Below, piece after piece: positions 1 through 13,146 of a stretch of 64,000 nt of DNA. This DNA is from Orbicella franksi (lineage: Eukaryota), in the NCBI GenBank assembly GCA_964199315.1, contig OZ116712.1, positions 18,972,001-19,036,000 of the forward strand. Direction: 5' to 3'. The notes beneath the pieces were generated by a model, which saw only the letters and a list, made by a program, of their open reading frames with translations, had not been told where the DNA came from and searched no databases. Numbering within the stretch: the first letter of the stretch is position 1; every line of letters begins with the position of its first letter. The translations under genes and the position numbers were made by a program.

Positions 1-3000
1 AACAAAGCAAAATGTCATCAAAAAATATCAAAAATAGACGGCATCATCCCATTGGAGCTTATAAAACTAAACATAATGTTTCAACGAATAACACTGCGCG
101 TAAGAAGAAACCTTGAATTTTTAAATATTTTCTACATTGCGTCACAAACTTGTTCTAACGAGAACTTCTTTAAATAAAGAAGAGAGAAAGAGTTTTGCAT
201 TTAGCTCCACTTTTGGAGAGAGACATAGTTCAAGAAGCTGACGATGTAAGCTTTCATTCGGTTCTGGTTATCTTTTTCAGACCTTAATTTGCTCGTTTTG
301 TTGTTAAACTTCACTTTATCTATTCTCTACATTTCAGTTTTTTGCTGTTTCTGCCCATACAACCAAGTGAAACGTTGTGTTACTTCAGAGGTAATTGATT
401 TAGATATGTTTACATGCGTTTAATGTTCAAATGCTGCGATTTAAATGCCTCTTTAGTTTTAGTGAAGATAGGAATTGTTTAAAACTGTTCCGCTGGTCTA
501 AAACCAATGGAAAGAAACTAAATAATTGGTCATTTGTTCACATTAAATAAATTCTTGTTATAAAGAATGAAATGTTTTCACGAACATGAAAACTAGATCA
601 CTTAAAATACAAGACTACATTATTTAATTCAAGATGGGAAACTGTCGAAAATGAACTGCTCAGTTGTTTGGTGCCCTGAGAATTAATTTACGCCCAAAAT
701 GTAGCTTTATTTTGAGTATTTTGAATAACAAACTGAATAAACTAAATTCGAAACTCGAAAAATAAAAGAACACAACCCTCTCGGCTTAGTTTTCCTTTCT
801 TTACAAAACAGTAAAATCCACTGGGAATGATTTCTACAGAATGAGATCATGCAGTGGATAGATAATGGCTCCGTTTCCTGAGTCATGACATTCTTTAATT
901 TTGTTATGCTTTTGCTCTTGATAGTTCTAGTTTTACAATCATTTCTCTTTGGTTATATCAAAAATCTTAAAAAAAATGCCCGAAGCATATTGTAAGGAAT
1001 TGAACGAAGGCTGAACCTTGTTTTTTTAGCTGGGTCTTATTCTCAACTAGTTTTCAGGCCTAGTTTTTATAGACTGACCCCTTTTTTTTGAACAAAAGAG
1101 GCAGTGATATATTTTATTGCAAGGGACCTAAAGACCACGACTTTGTTTCGCGTATGATATTATCATGTCATCAGCAGTAAGGAAACTAAAGGTGAAAAAA
1201 TACAAGAACGGAAGGCTTCATTCTATTCAACAAATCCGTGTCTAAACAAAAAACAAAGCGTCCTGACTAATAGCATTATACGTGTCAGAATTTACCTTGT
1301 CTCAAAAAACTTGTTCTGACGAGTAACTCATTAAACAAACATAGAAAAACGAGTCTGCAGCTTAGTCTGAAATAAGACGATACAAGAAACTGCGGCAATG
1401 TAAGTTTTCATTTGAGTTCGACATATTTTTATTAATTGTTTCCTCATTTTTAAATTACATCTTACAAACTCTTTTCTTTTCGTTTCTTCCTTTTAGTCTT
1501 TGCTGTTACGCTTTGTTACTTCAGAGGTAAAAAGTTCAGTTTTTTCATTTGACTGAGTTCAGAGTTTAGTAGTTTGATCGCTAAAAATGCGTCTGCAGTT
1601 CAATTAATCAACGAAATACTTTTCTCAATTTTGAAAAACACTTAAGAACGGTAACTTAAATCCATTTTACAGTAAAAGTTCCTTGTGTGTAAATCACTTT
1701 TGGTGTATAGTTTAACAACTTAGGTTTTAACCATTTCAAGAACATTTAAGCGTACTGTATTTCTTTTCTGAGTCAAGCTAAGAACTTCTCGTTTCCATGA
1801 AGATACTATTTTTAAAATGAAAAGTTCCTCTTGTGTGTTAATGATTTGTCACCAACATAAGTTTCAATTGCTAAAGTCCAATTTTCGTCTAGCCATGGGA
1901 ACCTGAGACATGAAACAATTAAGTCCAAAAGTTTTCTATCTATACTTATTAAATTAAGAGTTTCATTAAATTGAACGTCTGGCATTGAACGTAGTTTCGA
2001 AAATTTGTTTTTATTTTCAGTAGATTGTATCCAAAAACTGTGGCGAAATATTGCTGAATTCGTTAGGATAGAATTAATTTAAATAGAGAAAAATTAAGAT
2101 GATAAGCGTGAACTTCCAGGAAAATCGAACGATAAATTCAGGATGTTAAAGGAAGGCCCAACAAAACTACGAGAATTCGAAATTTATGAAAACTTAAGAT
2201 GTTTGCAAGAACGTCGATAAAAAACGAAAAAGACTTTGTTCACACTAATTAACATTGTTGTTTTACAAGGAGTGTTTTTCCATCGAAGTATGTTTGAAAG
2301 TGGATTCCAACGAGTAAATTGTCTTTCCTTCCTTTTCTTGCTAATGCTAAATTTGCAAATTATCATACCACGTGCTTAACTACCTCAAAGGAAAGTAAAT
2401 TTAAAATAAGAATCCATTTCATTGGTCGATTGAGAATAAATATAACCAATGAGACAGCACGTCTTTTTAATTATACTTCGAACGTGTATCAACCCGTTTA
2501 TGATGATAACAAAGAAAAGAGTCCACGCCATTGGTCGATTTAAACTTTATCCAGCCAATAAGGCTGTTGGTCTTATTTTTGCATTTTACAAGTAAACATA
2601 GGCAAACATGTTTTCACGTGAAACTCGCTCACTGTATAGAGATAAAAAGTTCTGTTACATCGCTGATGCGTCATCATCCTTTAGTTGACAGCAACGGGAA
2701 TAAGGTAGGAACTGTATCAAATATGCTTATTTAACCTTAAGAGGATTCCATTTAACAGGCAACAATGTTCAAAACGTGTTCTCAAACGTTTTACTGGAAA
2801 CTCGTTTACTAGAGAGAGAACTAGAGAGAACGTTTTGTTACATTTTCGGAGTGTCATTTTCCTTTAAATGATACCATCTGGAACAACGTAGGAACGTTTA
2901 TTTATAAAAAAGCTTATTTAACTGTGCAAGTAAATTTTGTTATCAAGAGAAAATGATCTCGATCTTTCTCAGTTTATACATTAACTTGCAAAATGTCAAG

Positions 3001-3146
3001 CAAAAAATTGAGCTGAGAATTGTAACCTATCTTTTGATATCGCACTGGGCAAGAAATCATCAAAATTATCTCATCCTGCCGGTTTCTATCGTCAATATTT
3101 ATTGCCTTGATGTTCATATTCCTTACAGATCACAAAATATCTAACG

Positions 3147-4460
3147 ATGTCACAATCCCATACGAAAATTTCGCCGATCATCATGTTGTGTTTACTGATT
3201 TTAACTCTGAGCGCCTTGTGCTATGCAGCTAACAACAACAGCAGTGGTAAAACAACTCCAAACATGGTAAGTTCATTTGCGCCTTCTTCTCTATTTTTCC
3301 CCGTCAATAAATGTTTATGGCAGAATGCAAATAAGAACATGAAATTAGAGGAAAGTTTGATGAATTAAATCGCCCGACAACTACTATAGAATTGTCGGTT
3401 AAGTCAACATATCAATAGATCAGGATAAAATAAAAGCTTTGTTTCCTCTGCACATGTAGGGCACTCACCAGTTTCCACCTCATGGACCTTGTGGTTATGG
3501 TGCCTGTTTTTGCGCGCCGGGAATCCCAGGTATGTCGGGAAACCCTGGACCCTCAGGACCAGCAGGCATTGCTGGTTCACCCGGTCCACAAGGATCCACG
3601 GGACCACGTGGAGACAAAGGCGACGCAGGGAAACCAGGAAGTGAAGGCCTCCAGGGCCCCAAGGGACCACGAGGAACCAAAGGTGACGCAGGCAATAAAG
3701 GAAGTCAGGGCCCTCCAGGCCCGAAGAGCCTTCCAGGCACGTTGGGAAGTAACTGGAAACAATGCGTTTGGAAAAATATAAACGACGGCAAGGATACTGG
3801 ATTGATCAAGGTAAATATTGCAGAAGAATAATCGGAATTTTACTCCTAGGCGTCTCATTAGACATGGTTAGTAGGTTAACCCAGTAGCTATCCAAAGCAA
3901 AAAAAAGACGTTGTTGCAACTTGATTAATCCTGCGACAAAACAAGAGAAACCAACGAATGGAATTTTAAAGCAATAACCTACGTAATCTGTAACATTGAA
4001 GTCTAAAATAGTAATGCCGTACAATTTGAGTGATCATCTAGTTTCTAGGCTCACATCTTTACATTTCTAGTTGACCTTGTTTTTTATTTTATTTCTGTAG
4101 GAATGCGTTTTCAAGAAAAAGTCAGACAACTCAGGCCTGAGGGTGTTTTGGAATGGCAATCTTCGCCTCTATAACTGCCATGGTTGCTGCAGACGATGGT
4201 ACTTCACTTTCAACGGTACCGAGTGCTCTGCTCCAGCAGCGATTGATGGTGTGGTCTACATGGTACATGGAAATGGCGCCAAAAAGAACTTACACCGTCC
4301 ACGACAAATCGAAGGAGTATGTGAAAAAGTCCACAAGGGTGTTGTGCGCGTGGGATTCTGGGTCGGTAACTGTGCTGGTTACGGATCTGCTGACGCCTAC
4401 ACAGGATGGAATTCAGTGTCCCGGATCTATGTGGAAGAAGTACCACCCCCACAGGCCTGA
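3147..4460 (+). CDS. CTHRC1: CTHRC1-like secreted collagen-triple-helix protein, 3 exons join(3147..3266,3460..3810,4101..4460), 276 aa
   Basis: Signal-peptide-like N-terminus (IIMLCLLILTLSALCYA), GT-AG phase-0 introns at 3267-3459 and 3811-4100 that keep the frame, and 23 Gly-X-Y triplets. The C-terminal domain NWKQCVW..ECVFKK..LRVFWNGNLRL..CCRRWYFTFNGTEC..TGWNSVSRIYVEE matches the CTHRC1 C-terminal domain. Confidence 0.92.
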
Positions 4461-5104
4461 AAAACCAGATTCTGAAGCTTTGTTCGTGGGAGGGTTAGAA
4501 CGTAGATTGAGGCGCGTCAGAGTTAAGAGTAATAAGTGTGAAGTCTAAGAAACAGATTTAAAAAACAGTTTTGTGGTTGAAATTGATAAACGATCAAGTC
4601 AATCAAAGTTTTAATGAATTGTGATAATCTAAAGAGATAAGGGCATTTTTAAATACTAAGCAACCTTCTTGAGCCATGTAGAGCACAAAGCTTGTGTTTC
4701 AGTTTGCTGGTGAAGGGATATGGAAATAAATAAGAGGTAGTTGAATACCCAAGAGCCGAAGTTGCAGTCACCAGTTTTGTTTGTTTTGTTATTAAATTAT
4801 CTACATTTTAAAGGAACAGAAAATAAATCTCCTTTATAGCGGTGCTCAGTTACATTGACGAAAGAAGGAAAGTCGCTCAAATTAGGAACCTTAGCTTTCG
4901 TGTTTCATGATAAAAACCAAGAACCTATCTCTTAGCAAAAGAGCCCTAGTCAGCCACACCTTTGTTTTTTGTTGACTATTATATTTTATTCAGAGTATGT
5001 CGAAAAGAGGGAAATGACAAGGAAACTACTGAAGATAATTAAACATACTTTCAGGAACTCAACTTACTATAAAGCATTAAACCTTAAGAGCATTGTAACG
5101 GTTA

Positions 5105-8100
5105 CAGTGCTTTTCGTCATCACTATACTCTCCCATTAGATGCATACGCTAAAGAGAGCCATATCAGTATGGGAAAGGCTAGATGATGTATACAGCAAGC
5201 GAGCAAGAAGCTTGTGGCGCTTGGATTTTCAGCCGAAGCACAAAATAACAAAAAGCGAGCTAGAACGCTTTCCCCGGCTTCAGGTTGAAACATTTGCTTT
5301 AGACTAAGGTATTTATGACATGTTGTTGAGAATTGTTCTTGAATTCAAATTTTGAGTTGGATCGCCGTTTTTCCGCAACATTCTCCATTTTATGTGCTAC
5401 TTATGTGGTCTATGTATTCAATACATGGTACATGCACTCCAGTCTCTCCAGCACTCTGTAGTCTTGCCGTTGTTACTTTCTCTCCTTTCTACCAATAGCA
5501 CCTGTTATTTTTACCAGTAAAATAGGGGTTGACATGGTGTTTCCTTTGACTGGTTCTTCTAGCCAGGGAGGGGAGGTTGTTATACCAAAACTGAGTGGCA
5601 ACTTAGCTTGTTGTGCTGGGAGTTGTTTGTCGCAATGTCCTTGGTGTCTAAGCACTCAAGTAAGCAGGTAATCAAATTACAGTTTACTACCGTACGAGGA
5701 GCCATGTCTGTTTCGGTTTTCTCTGTCTTCTATTTAGTGTTTCAATCAGAATGTATACAGGTAGACATTTCCCTTGTTTTCCCACCAAAGAATAGAATCG
5801 CTTGAACAGTGACGTATGACGGCGCTAGTGTCTCTGCTTTAGTAAGGTATTGTTGGGACGCCCCCTAAGTTGTGTTTATGAGATACAGCGCTCTCGTTTG
5901 AACGCCTTCGAATGAAGGATTAATAAAGCTAACCGGATCGTTTGATGCGAGGCTGTTTAATTTTTCGCGAAATAAGTTTACTTTTTTTCTAAATATCCTG
6001 GGAGAGTATTTGTCCTCTTATCATAGCAACAAGAGGGAAAAAGAAACGGTTGAACGTATCTAGATAATTGCTAGAAGGAGGCAGTGAGAAACACTCCATT
6101 GAAAACATTTGTTTCTTCCTCGATCTTTAACTGAAAAGTTCTTCACTGTTGATCAGTTGACCGGTACACAAGATCCTTGTCAGACCAAAAAACACTTTCA
6201 TCCTACCAATAGAGTAACTACACGTCACATGTATATAACCACGAGCCACAGACGGCCAGATGTCCCCGGTGCAAAGGACCGGGGGGGGGGGGTAGTTAGA
6301 GGAGTCCCAAACAAAAATGTCGAGGATGCTCGTCGGAAAATTTGAATTCAAGTCCTAGAGGAGACCCATCTGGGTGTAACTCTAGCTTTATTTTCAATCC
6401 CTACAAGATACCACTTAAAACGAAAATGACAGCGTTAACGTCATCAGCGTCTTCAAATGCACACTTTGACAGCTAAAAATAGTGGTGTCTTTGTCCTGAA
6501 CACACTGTAAGTGAGACCAGAATCATGGATTTACAACTGGCCCTTAGCGAGACCACGAACATCCATCCCCGACTATTTCATTTGGGCAAGTCCCCCTCCC
6601 CTACCCCTCTTACATTTTACTGTTGTAGTTCCCCTCGTCACACAGGAGTGTATCACTATGCACCAAACTGTTAGAACAAACTAAGAAAATGTTAGGGGGG
6701 AAGTAGGCTGTGTCGAACTAGCATCCAATCCGGGAGGAGCCGCAATGCTATTGACTGCTTTATAACACGCAAGTCAGGATAAGTTCCAGCAGTGTTGGTC
6801 AGTTTGGCTAAAGTGTGACATCACTTCATTATTAACTAAAAATAGTTCACTATTTCAATGAAGTCAGCTGTTACAAATCACAACAGCTCTTAATTCAAAC
6901 TAGACTACGAGTAGTCCCTCTTTCGCTTAGTCCGTCGTGTGTGACGCGAAAGAAAACCGCGAGAAAAAAATGGTCGCGCGATCGCGAAATCCTGGAGGCG
7001 AGGAGCGCACGAAAGGAGGGACTACCGCCTAAGCCCAAGAGTTTGAATTATGCGTTGCTCTCACAACGAAAAAATATGATTGGCTTATGTTAGGAGCGTT
7101 GACAACGTCTTGTCAACATTCGAGATACCTGAGACGTCTTGCAGGAATGTTTTGGAACCGGAGCAAATCGAAGCGGTACCAGAGCAAATCGAAACGTTGC
7201 AATCGAGCTCCGCAAGCCGTGATGTTCTTGCGAATCTGCCAACAGGCTTTGGAAAGATTTAAATTCATCTAGTGTTTGTTTGTTAAAGCTTTCTGCCTCC
7301 AACCCGACTGCGAGCGTGTTAGTGATTTCGCTGCTCAACAACATCGTCTAAGTCAGGGACTATAAATTCACTGAGCTTGGCCTTTTTCTGCCGTCCATTT
7401 GAAAGATTGAACCGGACTCTCACTTGAAACCGGACATTTACCTGAAATTTTCCGCTGCTATCGGGAAACATTTCACCGCAGTTGGATGATCTCCTATGTG
7501 TAATGTATAATGTATCATGTAAATTCTAGGTTGAAACTCTGTTGAAATTTTCGCAATAACTTTTAGACGCAGCGAAAATCGTTACAAAAGGCCTCTTTCG
7601 CCGTCATCTTTTTAAAACTTCTTTGGCAGTTTCGCTGAACGAACACTGACGGCATATGTTTTTGCCTGGCTACTTGAAGAGTAGAGTAGAGCAATTTTAT
7701 TCAGATCTCCTGGGGCTGTTGATAACAGGCGATAATAAAAGGACGTCAAGATGAGAAATCCTACACCGAGAAATCACTCGGCCGTGAAAGGGCAAACTCT
7801 TGGGCTTAGGCGGTAGTCCCTCCTTTCGAGCGCTCCTAGGCCCCAGGATTTCGCGCGGCCATTTTTTTCTAGCGAATTTCTTTCGCGTCACGCACGACGG
7901 ACTAAGCGACAGAGGGACTACTCGTAGTCTAAATTCAAACTGGCCAGTGATTTTCACCGTTCAAAGAAAAAAATCGATATCAAATTCCTTCTTAATGAGT
8001 CACAATATTTCATTAAGTACTTTTGAGATAGTTTGGGTTTTAGTCAAACGTTTTCAACTGTAATGATTGCGTCTTGTATTCCCATTACGTGTCTTCTTAC

Positions 8101-8751
8101 ATTTGCCATAAGATGGTAAGGAGAAATGAGGCTTTCATCACAGGCGCAGATAAAAAGGAAAGATTTAAGAGGATGGATAAGATGTCATTGCCATGTAAAA
8201 ATTACAGTCCATAATGACATAAGTAGTTTTGATCATAACAGACTGCCAAGAAGCATTTTTCCTGCCGTGGGAGATCGACACGTGGCGCGCGAACTGGCTC
8301 ACGAGGGACGCGCGACTCGCAGATAATCGCGAGTCTTCGCGAGTCCGTAAGTTGAAACCATTGCTTGAAGTTCTGACCAACACACCCTAACAAAATGAGC
8401 TGTCCATCGTTTGCGCGTGAACAAAACAAATGAAGTCTATTCAGAGAGAAAGGAATTGATATACAAACTCCAAAGCAGAAGTCTTTATTTCTGATCAATG
8501 TTTTACCGACATCTGATCAACGAGCTTAAGGCGGAGTGCCTCAGGGTCACCTTCTTAGTAATCAGTATGCAAGACAAAATGACAAAGGCTCTTAAAGAAA
8601 CGTTCCATGATTGGTTTGAACAAGCGAAAAGATTAGCATAATAAACAGCCACGATTCCAAGAAGAGCTAAAAAAAGACAGTAACAAGACTTCATTGTTTC
8701 GAGTTGAGTTCCGCGGAAACCTTGCTTTACTCGCTTGTTTCTGAACACGAC
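5105..8751 (+). repeat. Segmental duplication: upstream block of TRIM-NHL unit 1
   Basis: Colinear similarity seen by eye to 61100-64000 and (from about 6550) to 52700-54121. Boundaries approximate. Confidence 0.8.
6901..7931. mobile_element. Non-autonomous TIR DNA transposon (AcademH-like) with RecQ-type helicase remnant
   Basis: About 145-bp TIRs (TAGACTACGAGTAGTCCC...GGGACTACTCGTAGTCTA) and a 9-bp TSD AATTCAAAC (6892-6900, 7932-7940). The element is absent from the paralogous sites near 53190 and 63240. Internal decayed EQIEA..RDVLANLPTGFGK..SVLVISLLNNIV resembles SF2/RecQ motifs I-Ia. The superfamily assignment is inference. Confidence 0.7.
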
Positions 8752-9468
8752 ATGGATATCAAAACGTTGCTCCGTAATCTTCGTGAAGAAGTGTCTTGCT
8801 CGGTGTGTTCCGACATATTTACCGATCCAAAAAATTTGCCATGCTTACACAGTTTCTGTCTGCACTGCTCGAAACAACGGCATAGCACGAGCCATGGCCG
8901 CGACACCATCAGATGCCCGAATTGTCAAGCCGTTAGCAGAGTACCTGAAAGTGGCGATCTGAAAGATCTTCCAACCAGTCTTTATCTGAATGGCTTGATT
9001 GATGTGCTGGCAATCAAAGAGTGCAGAAGTAGTCAAGTAAGATGTGGGAACTGCGAGAAGAAAAGCTTCGAGACTTCTTATTTCACTGTCAAGAGTGCGT
9101 AACTGCACACAACATCATGCGAAGCAATAAAGATCACCGTGTTCTGGCGCTGAAAGACTCTCAAGACAAGGACTATGAGGATGTGCTAAAGCGACCTGTG
9201 TTCTGTACAAAGCAACGGCACGAGAACGAAGAGCTAAAGTAATTTTGTAAGAACTGTGAAATGGCAGTTTGCCAATCTTGTGTTTTGATAGATCATCCTG
9301 GTCATGCTTTGGAGCACATAGAAGACGAAGCTCAAAGACGGAAGATTGAAATCAAATCAATGATTGAAACACAGAAGCGTAATTTACAAGCAAAGCTGAC
9401 TGCTGTTGGTAAACTTGATGAAGACTATGCGAAGATCATATAACGAGGCTAAGAGGTGAAGAGGGACG
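8752..9468 (+). pseudogene. TRIM71-like: TRIM-NHL pseudogene, segment 1 (RING, B-boxes, start of coiled coil)
   Basis: Near-identical to 54122-54850 but with a frameshifting deletion near 9080 and in-frame TAA stops near 9240, 9441 and 9450. Ends at the LTR insertion. Confidence 0.9.
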
Positions 9469-9622
9469 TGTAGAGAACTGGAACTAGTTATTATAGAACG
9501 ATAGGGGACTGGCACTAGAAAAAGAAGAATGTAATCCAAGATAGCGTGAAACGCTACGAGTGCGTATTAAAAAGTTAGATGCTCTGTTGTAATTTGTCGT
9601 TTGTTGGGCGTGTGGACTAACA
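9469..9622 (+). repeat. 5' LTR (154 bp)
   Basis: TGTAGAGAAC...GACTAACA. Differs from the 3' LTR by 2 substitutions and one 1-bp indel. Confidence 0.97.
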
Positions 9623-9626
9623 AAAT

Positions 9627-9643
9627 TGGCGACCCTGCCAGGA
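9627..9643 (+). promoter_or_regulatory. Primer-binding site, tRNA-Arg(ACG)-type
   Basis: TGGCGACCCTGCCAGGA lies 4 nt after the 5' LTR and is complementary to a tRNA 3' end ...TCCTGGCAGGGTCG-CCA, which resembles invertebrate tRNA-Arg(ACG). Confidence 0.8.
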
Positions 9644-9799
9644 CCTAAAACTCAAGGACAATGAAGGACAGTAGGAACCGCTCGTTTCGAACGATTTTGG
9701 TATGTTTTTGAGCTTATCTGTGTTTTCTTGGCGACCACGTGCTTTGTAAGTTGCCCGCCATATTTGTCAACCCGTGTGGAGAAGAGCGAAGGACACACT

Positions 9800-11071
9800 A
9801 TGGCCGAAGACCTTCAACTTGAAATACAGTCTAACATTTATGCCGCGGATTGGAGTTCACTCGAGCGAATTGCAGAGTTCTTAAAAGTCGGAATTGAAGG
9901 GAAAAGCAAACTATTCGTGGCGAAACTTATCGTTCAGCAACTCGAGGAAGGAATTGGCAAGTTAAAAGAAGCCGAAGTTGTTCCTTACCTTGAAGGTGTG
10001 AAAAAGTTGTTGACAGAAAAACCATCTTCTGGCATCAAGGAAGAAGGTAAGAGTGGAAAGATTGTTCAAAGTGATTCCAAACCTCCCACTATAGCGAAGG
10101 AAGACTCGGTCCAAAAACTCTTGGCAACCAGCGCTTTACGTAGACAATTTAAGATCAGTGGTCAAATCGGGGAGCCTGAGCAGAAAGATAAAATTAGCTT
10201 CTCCTCACTGGCGCGTCAAATTCAAACGGGGTTGGCCCAGGGTTATGCTGAAAATGAAATTGTTGATGGTGTTATTCGTTCGATCACACCTGGTATGGTG
10301 CTTAGAAGTTACCTGGAAACTTACAAAGACCTAACATTGGATCGGTTAAAGAAAATTCTCCGTAGCCACTATGGTGCGAAGAATACATCAGAACTCTATC
10401 AAACACTAGCATCATTATGTCAGAGCCCAAAAGAATCACCTCAGGTGTTTTTGATGAATGCCCTAGATCTGAGGCAGCAGATTCTGTTTGCATGTAGTGA
10501 AGAAGATGATGACACATCCCTACATTATGACTCTGGGCACGTACAGCGTCTGTTTCTTCGAACAGTAGAAACTGGTTTGCAGGATGAAAGTATTCGTGCT
10601 AAGATTCACCCATTCCTGAAGGACCCCAATGTATCAGATGAAGTGTTAATGCAACAGATGAGTATGGCAGCCTCAGCAGAAAAGGAGAGGGACAAAAAGC
10701 TAAGGAACAATAGCAAGACCAAACCACCAGCGTTATCAGTATCTGCAGTATCTTCTGATGACTCACCTAACGGAAAGGAAGAAAACAAGAAAAACACCCC
10801 TCAGAATGATCTTCTAACAGCTATCAGTGCAATCAGGTCAGAAGTTGAGGCATTGAAAAGTGAGGTCAGAAAGAAGAGCACCGACCAAAGTGTACCCCAT
10901 GGGAAGTGGCCGGAGAGAAGAAGACCACCTTTGTGTTCAAGCTGCCTTGAAAACAAGAAGGAGTATTGCAATCACTGTTTTAAGTGTGGGAGCGACTCTC
11001 ATTTTGCAACAGGGTGTAGGAAGCAGTTAAACAGGAATCGACTGCTTCCGCGAGACGGGAAACAGTCGTAA
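9800..11071 (+). CDS. gag: Gypsy Gag (423 aa) with C-terminal CCHC zinc knuckle
   Basis: Long ORF after the [17 protein letters not shown] knuckle preceded by CSSC..CNHC. First ATG at 9800. Confidence 0.9.
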   Translation: MAEDLQLEIQSNIYAADWSSLERIAEFLKVGIEGKSKLFVAKLIVQQLEEGIGKLKEAEVVPYLEGVKKLLTEKPSSGIKEEGKSGKIVQSDSKPPTIAKEDSVQKLLATSALRRQFKISGQIGEPEQKDKISFSSLARQIQTGLAQGYAENEIVDGVIRSITPGMVLRSYLETYKDLTLDRLKKILRSHYGAKNTSELYQTLASLCQSPKESPQVFLMNALDLRQQILFACSEEDDDTSLHYDSGHVQRLFLRTVETGLQDESIRAKIHPFLKDPNVSDEVLMQQMSMAASAEKERDKKLRNNSKTKPPALSVSAVSSDDSPNGKEENKKNTPQNDLLTAISAIRSEVEALKSEVRKKSTDQSVPHGKWPERRRPPLCSSCLENKKEYCNHCFKCGSDSHFATGCRKQLNRNRLLPRDGKQS

Positions 11072-13146
11072 ATCCACCCAAGTCTCACCAATGTAACAAC
11101 TGCTGTAAAACTGGAGTTGAGCATGGACAGCTTAAGAGATGTAGTCAGTGTCGAAGTGTATGGTATTGTTCCGCAGAATGTCAGAAAGGACACTGGTCTG
11201 AACACAAGGTGTTGTGCCAAGCAATAAGTCATCTCTCTGAGGCAAGTACGAGTAAGTCTAAAGATTTTGTAGACCCAGCCTGTGTTAGCCATTTAACTCC
11301 AAGTGAACATGCCAAAGTTATTGGCCTTGTTGGTAAGAAGTGTATGGTAAAGTGCTTCCTCAATGACTGTGAATGTGACTTGCTATGGGACACTGGTGCC
11401 CAGGTATCCATAATATCAGTCGAATTGCTTCAGCAACACCTAGGACAAGTAGCTATTAGACAGTTGTCAGAGCTCCTGGATGCGAATCTAAATTTAACAG
11501 CAGTAAATGGGACTAAGGTACCCTACGTTGGGTGGGTGGAAGTCAGAGTGAAGTTAACCTCTCTCAGCAGTGATAGTAGTCAAGAAGAAATGTTAGTGCC
11601 TTTCCTTGTAACATCAGAAATGTTAGACTGTCCTATTCTGGGATACAATGTCATTGAACAGCTGGTAAGCCAGGACCAGAATCCCAGGCCAATTATTTAC
11701 AAGAGTTTCCCTGGAAAAGATAAGGCAAAATTAGATGCCTTGGTAAACTTCATTCAGAGTTCAAGTTCAGATGCCATTTGTAAACTGAGAACTGGAAGAA
11801 AAAATGTGGTCATACCTAAGGATAGCACAGTTGCTGTCAGTTGTCGTGCAAATGCAGGACCTGTGTACAAGCAAACACCAGTGTTGTTTGAGCCAGACAA
11901 ACTAGTACAGTTATTGCCAGAGGGCTTGGAAGTTAATGAGACTTTGTTGAACATCAAACCAGGAAAATCATCCCGTGTACAAGTTGCTGTGTACAATGGT
12001 ACAGATCATGTCATCACGCTTAAGAGCCGCACCTCGTTAGGAGTTCTTCAGACAGTGAAATCGGTGACTGCGGCAGACGTGAGGCCGAGTGAATGCAGTA
12101 TCCGGACCGACCAACAACATCTAAGGGAGCACGAGCCTCAAGGGCCGACAAGACCAACTCCTTCTGGGCAACAAGATGGAGAAAGCAAAAACCATCTCCC
12201 GGCAGTTAACCTTAGTGGCTTAAACCAAGATCAGCGAATTGTAGCTGAGAAAATGCTGAGGGAAGAGTATGAGTCATTCTCATCCAGTGAAGAAGATATT
12301 GGTTGCATGCCTGATCTGGAAATGGAGATTAACTTGAAGGATAGCCAGCCAGTGCAGAAGAAGTACACGTCAATCCCTCGACCGTTGTACCCAGAGGTGA
12401 AACAGTACATTGAAGACCTTCTGAACCAGAATTTCATCACTGAATCTAAGTCTCCATATTCCTCTCCAGTTGTCTGTGTCCGAAAGAAAGATGGGTCTCT
12501 GAGACTATGCATCGACTACCGAGAACTTAACCGCAGGACTATTGCTGACAGACATCCTATCCCTAGAGTCCAAGAAACCCTGTATAGTCTTGATGGAAAT
12601 AGTTGGTTCAGTGTTCTCGATCAGGGTAAGGCATACCACCAGAGGTTTGTGAGCAAGGAGAGCAGAGCAGCCACAGCATTCATTACACCATGGGGGCTGT
12701 ACGAATTGATAAGGATCTCATTTGGATTGATGAATGCGCCTGCCAATTTCCAGTGGTGTATGGAACGGTGCTTGGGTGAACTGAGGGACAAAGTGGCCAT
12801 ACCATACCTTGATGACATCATAGTATTTAGCAGGACATTTGAAGAACATGTTGAGCACCTGAGAACCGTGTTAAGAAAGTTGCGTGAACATGGAGTGAAG
12901 TTGAAGCCGCGTAAATGTAGTTTGTTTGAACGTGAGGTCCAGTTTCTAGGAAGAGTTGTGTCAGGGGATGGTTACCGGATGGACCCAGGGTGTGTTAAGG
13001 CTATCGAGAAGTTAAAGGAAGTGTCACCTAGAACTGTTGGTGAAGTCAGACAGCTTGCCGGAATATTAAGTTACTATCGAAGGTACATTAAGAACTTTGC
13101 CAGAATTGCAAAACCAATTTATGATCTCTTAACTAGCACTGGGTAG
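11020..13146 (+). CDS. pol: Gypsy Pol part 1 (-1 frame): MYND zinc finger, aspartic protease, reverse transcriptase; ends at premature TAG
   Basis: Frame is open from 11020. It contains [39 protein letters not shown] and RT motifs ([15 protein letters not shown]). TAG at 13144-13146 is followed by an in-frame RNase H region (TDASKDGLGAVL). Confidence 0.92.
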   Translation, partial: EAVKQESTASARRETVVNPPKSHQCNNCCKTGVEHGQLKRCSQCRSVWYCSAECQKGHWSEHKVLCQAISHLSEASTSKSKDFVDPACVSHLTPSEHAKVIGLVGKKCMVKCFLNDCECDLLWDTGAQVSIISVELLQQHLGQVAIRQLSELLDANLNLTAVNGTKVPYVGWVEVRVKLTSLSSDSSQEEMLVPFLVTSEMLDCPILGYNVIEQLVSQDQNPRPIIYKSFPGKDKAKLDALVNFIQSSSSDAICKLRTGRKNVVIPKDSTVAVSCRANAGPVYKQTPVLFEPDKLVQLLPEGLEVNETLLNIKPGKSSRVQVAVYNGTDHVITLKSRTSLGVLQTVKSVTAADVRPSECSIRTDQQHLREHEPQGPTRPTPSGQQDGESKNHLPAVNLSGLNQDQRIVAEKMLREEYESFSSSEEDIGCMPDLEMEINLKDSQPVQKKYTSIPRPLYPEVKQYIEDLLNQNFITESKSPYSSPVVCVRKKDGSLRLCIDYRELNRRTIADRHPIPRVQETLYSLDGNSWFSVLDQGKAYHQRFVSKESRAATAFITPWGLYELIRISFGLMNAPANFQWCMERCLGELRDKVAIPYLDDIIVFSRTFEEHVEHLRTVLRKLREHGVKLKPRKCSLFEREVQFLGRVVSGDGYRMDPGCVKAIEKLKEVSPRTVGEVRQLAGILSYYRRYIKNFARIAKPIYDLLTSTG

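Noticed and set aside
1-1560. Diverged local duplication (about 130-400 vs 1290-1530) and AT-rich sequence
   Set aside because: Old degenerate repeat with no coding or terminal signatures.
3404-3858. Pro/Gly-rich minus-strand and alternate-frame ORFs
   Set aside because: Shadows of the collagen exon of the CTHRC1-like gene.
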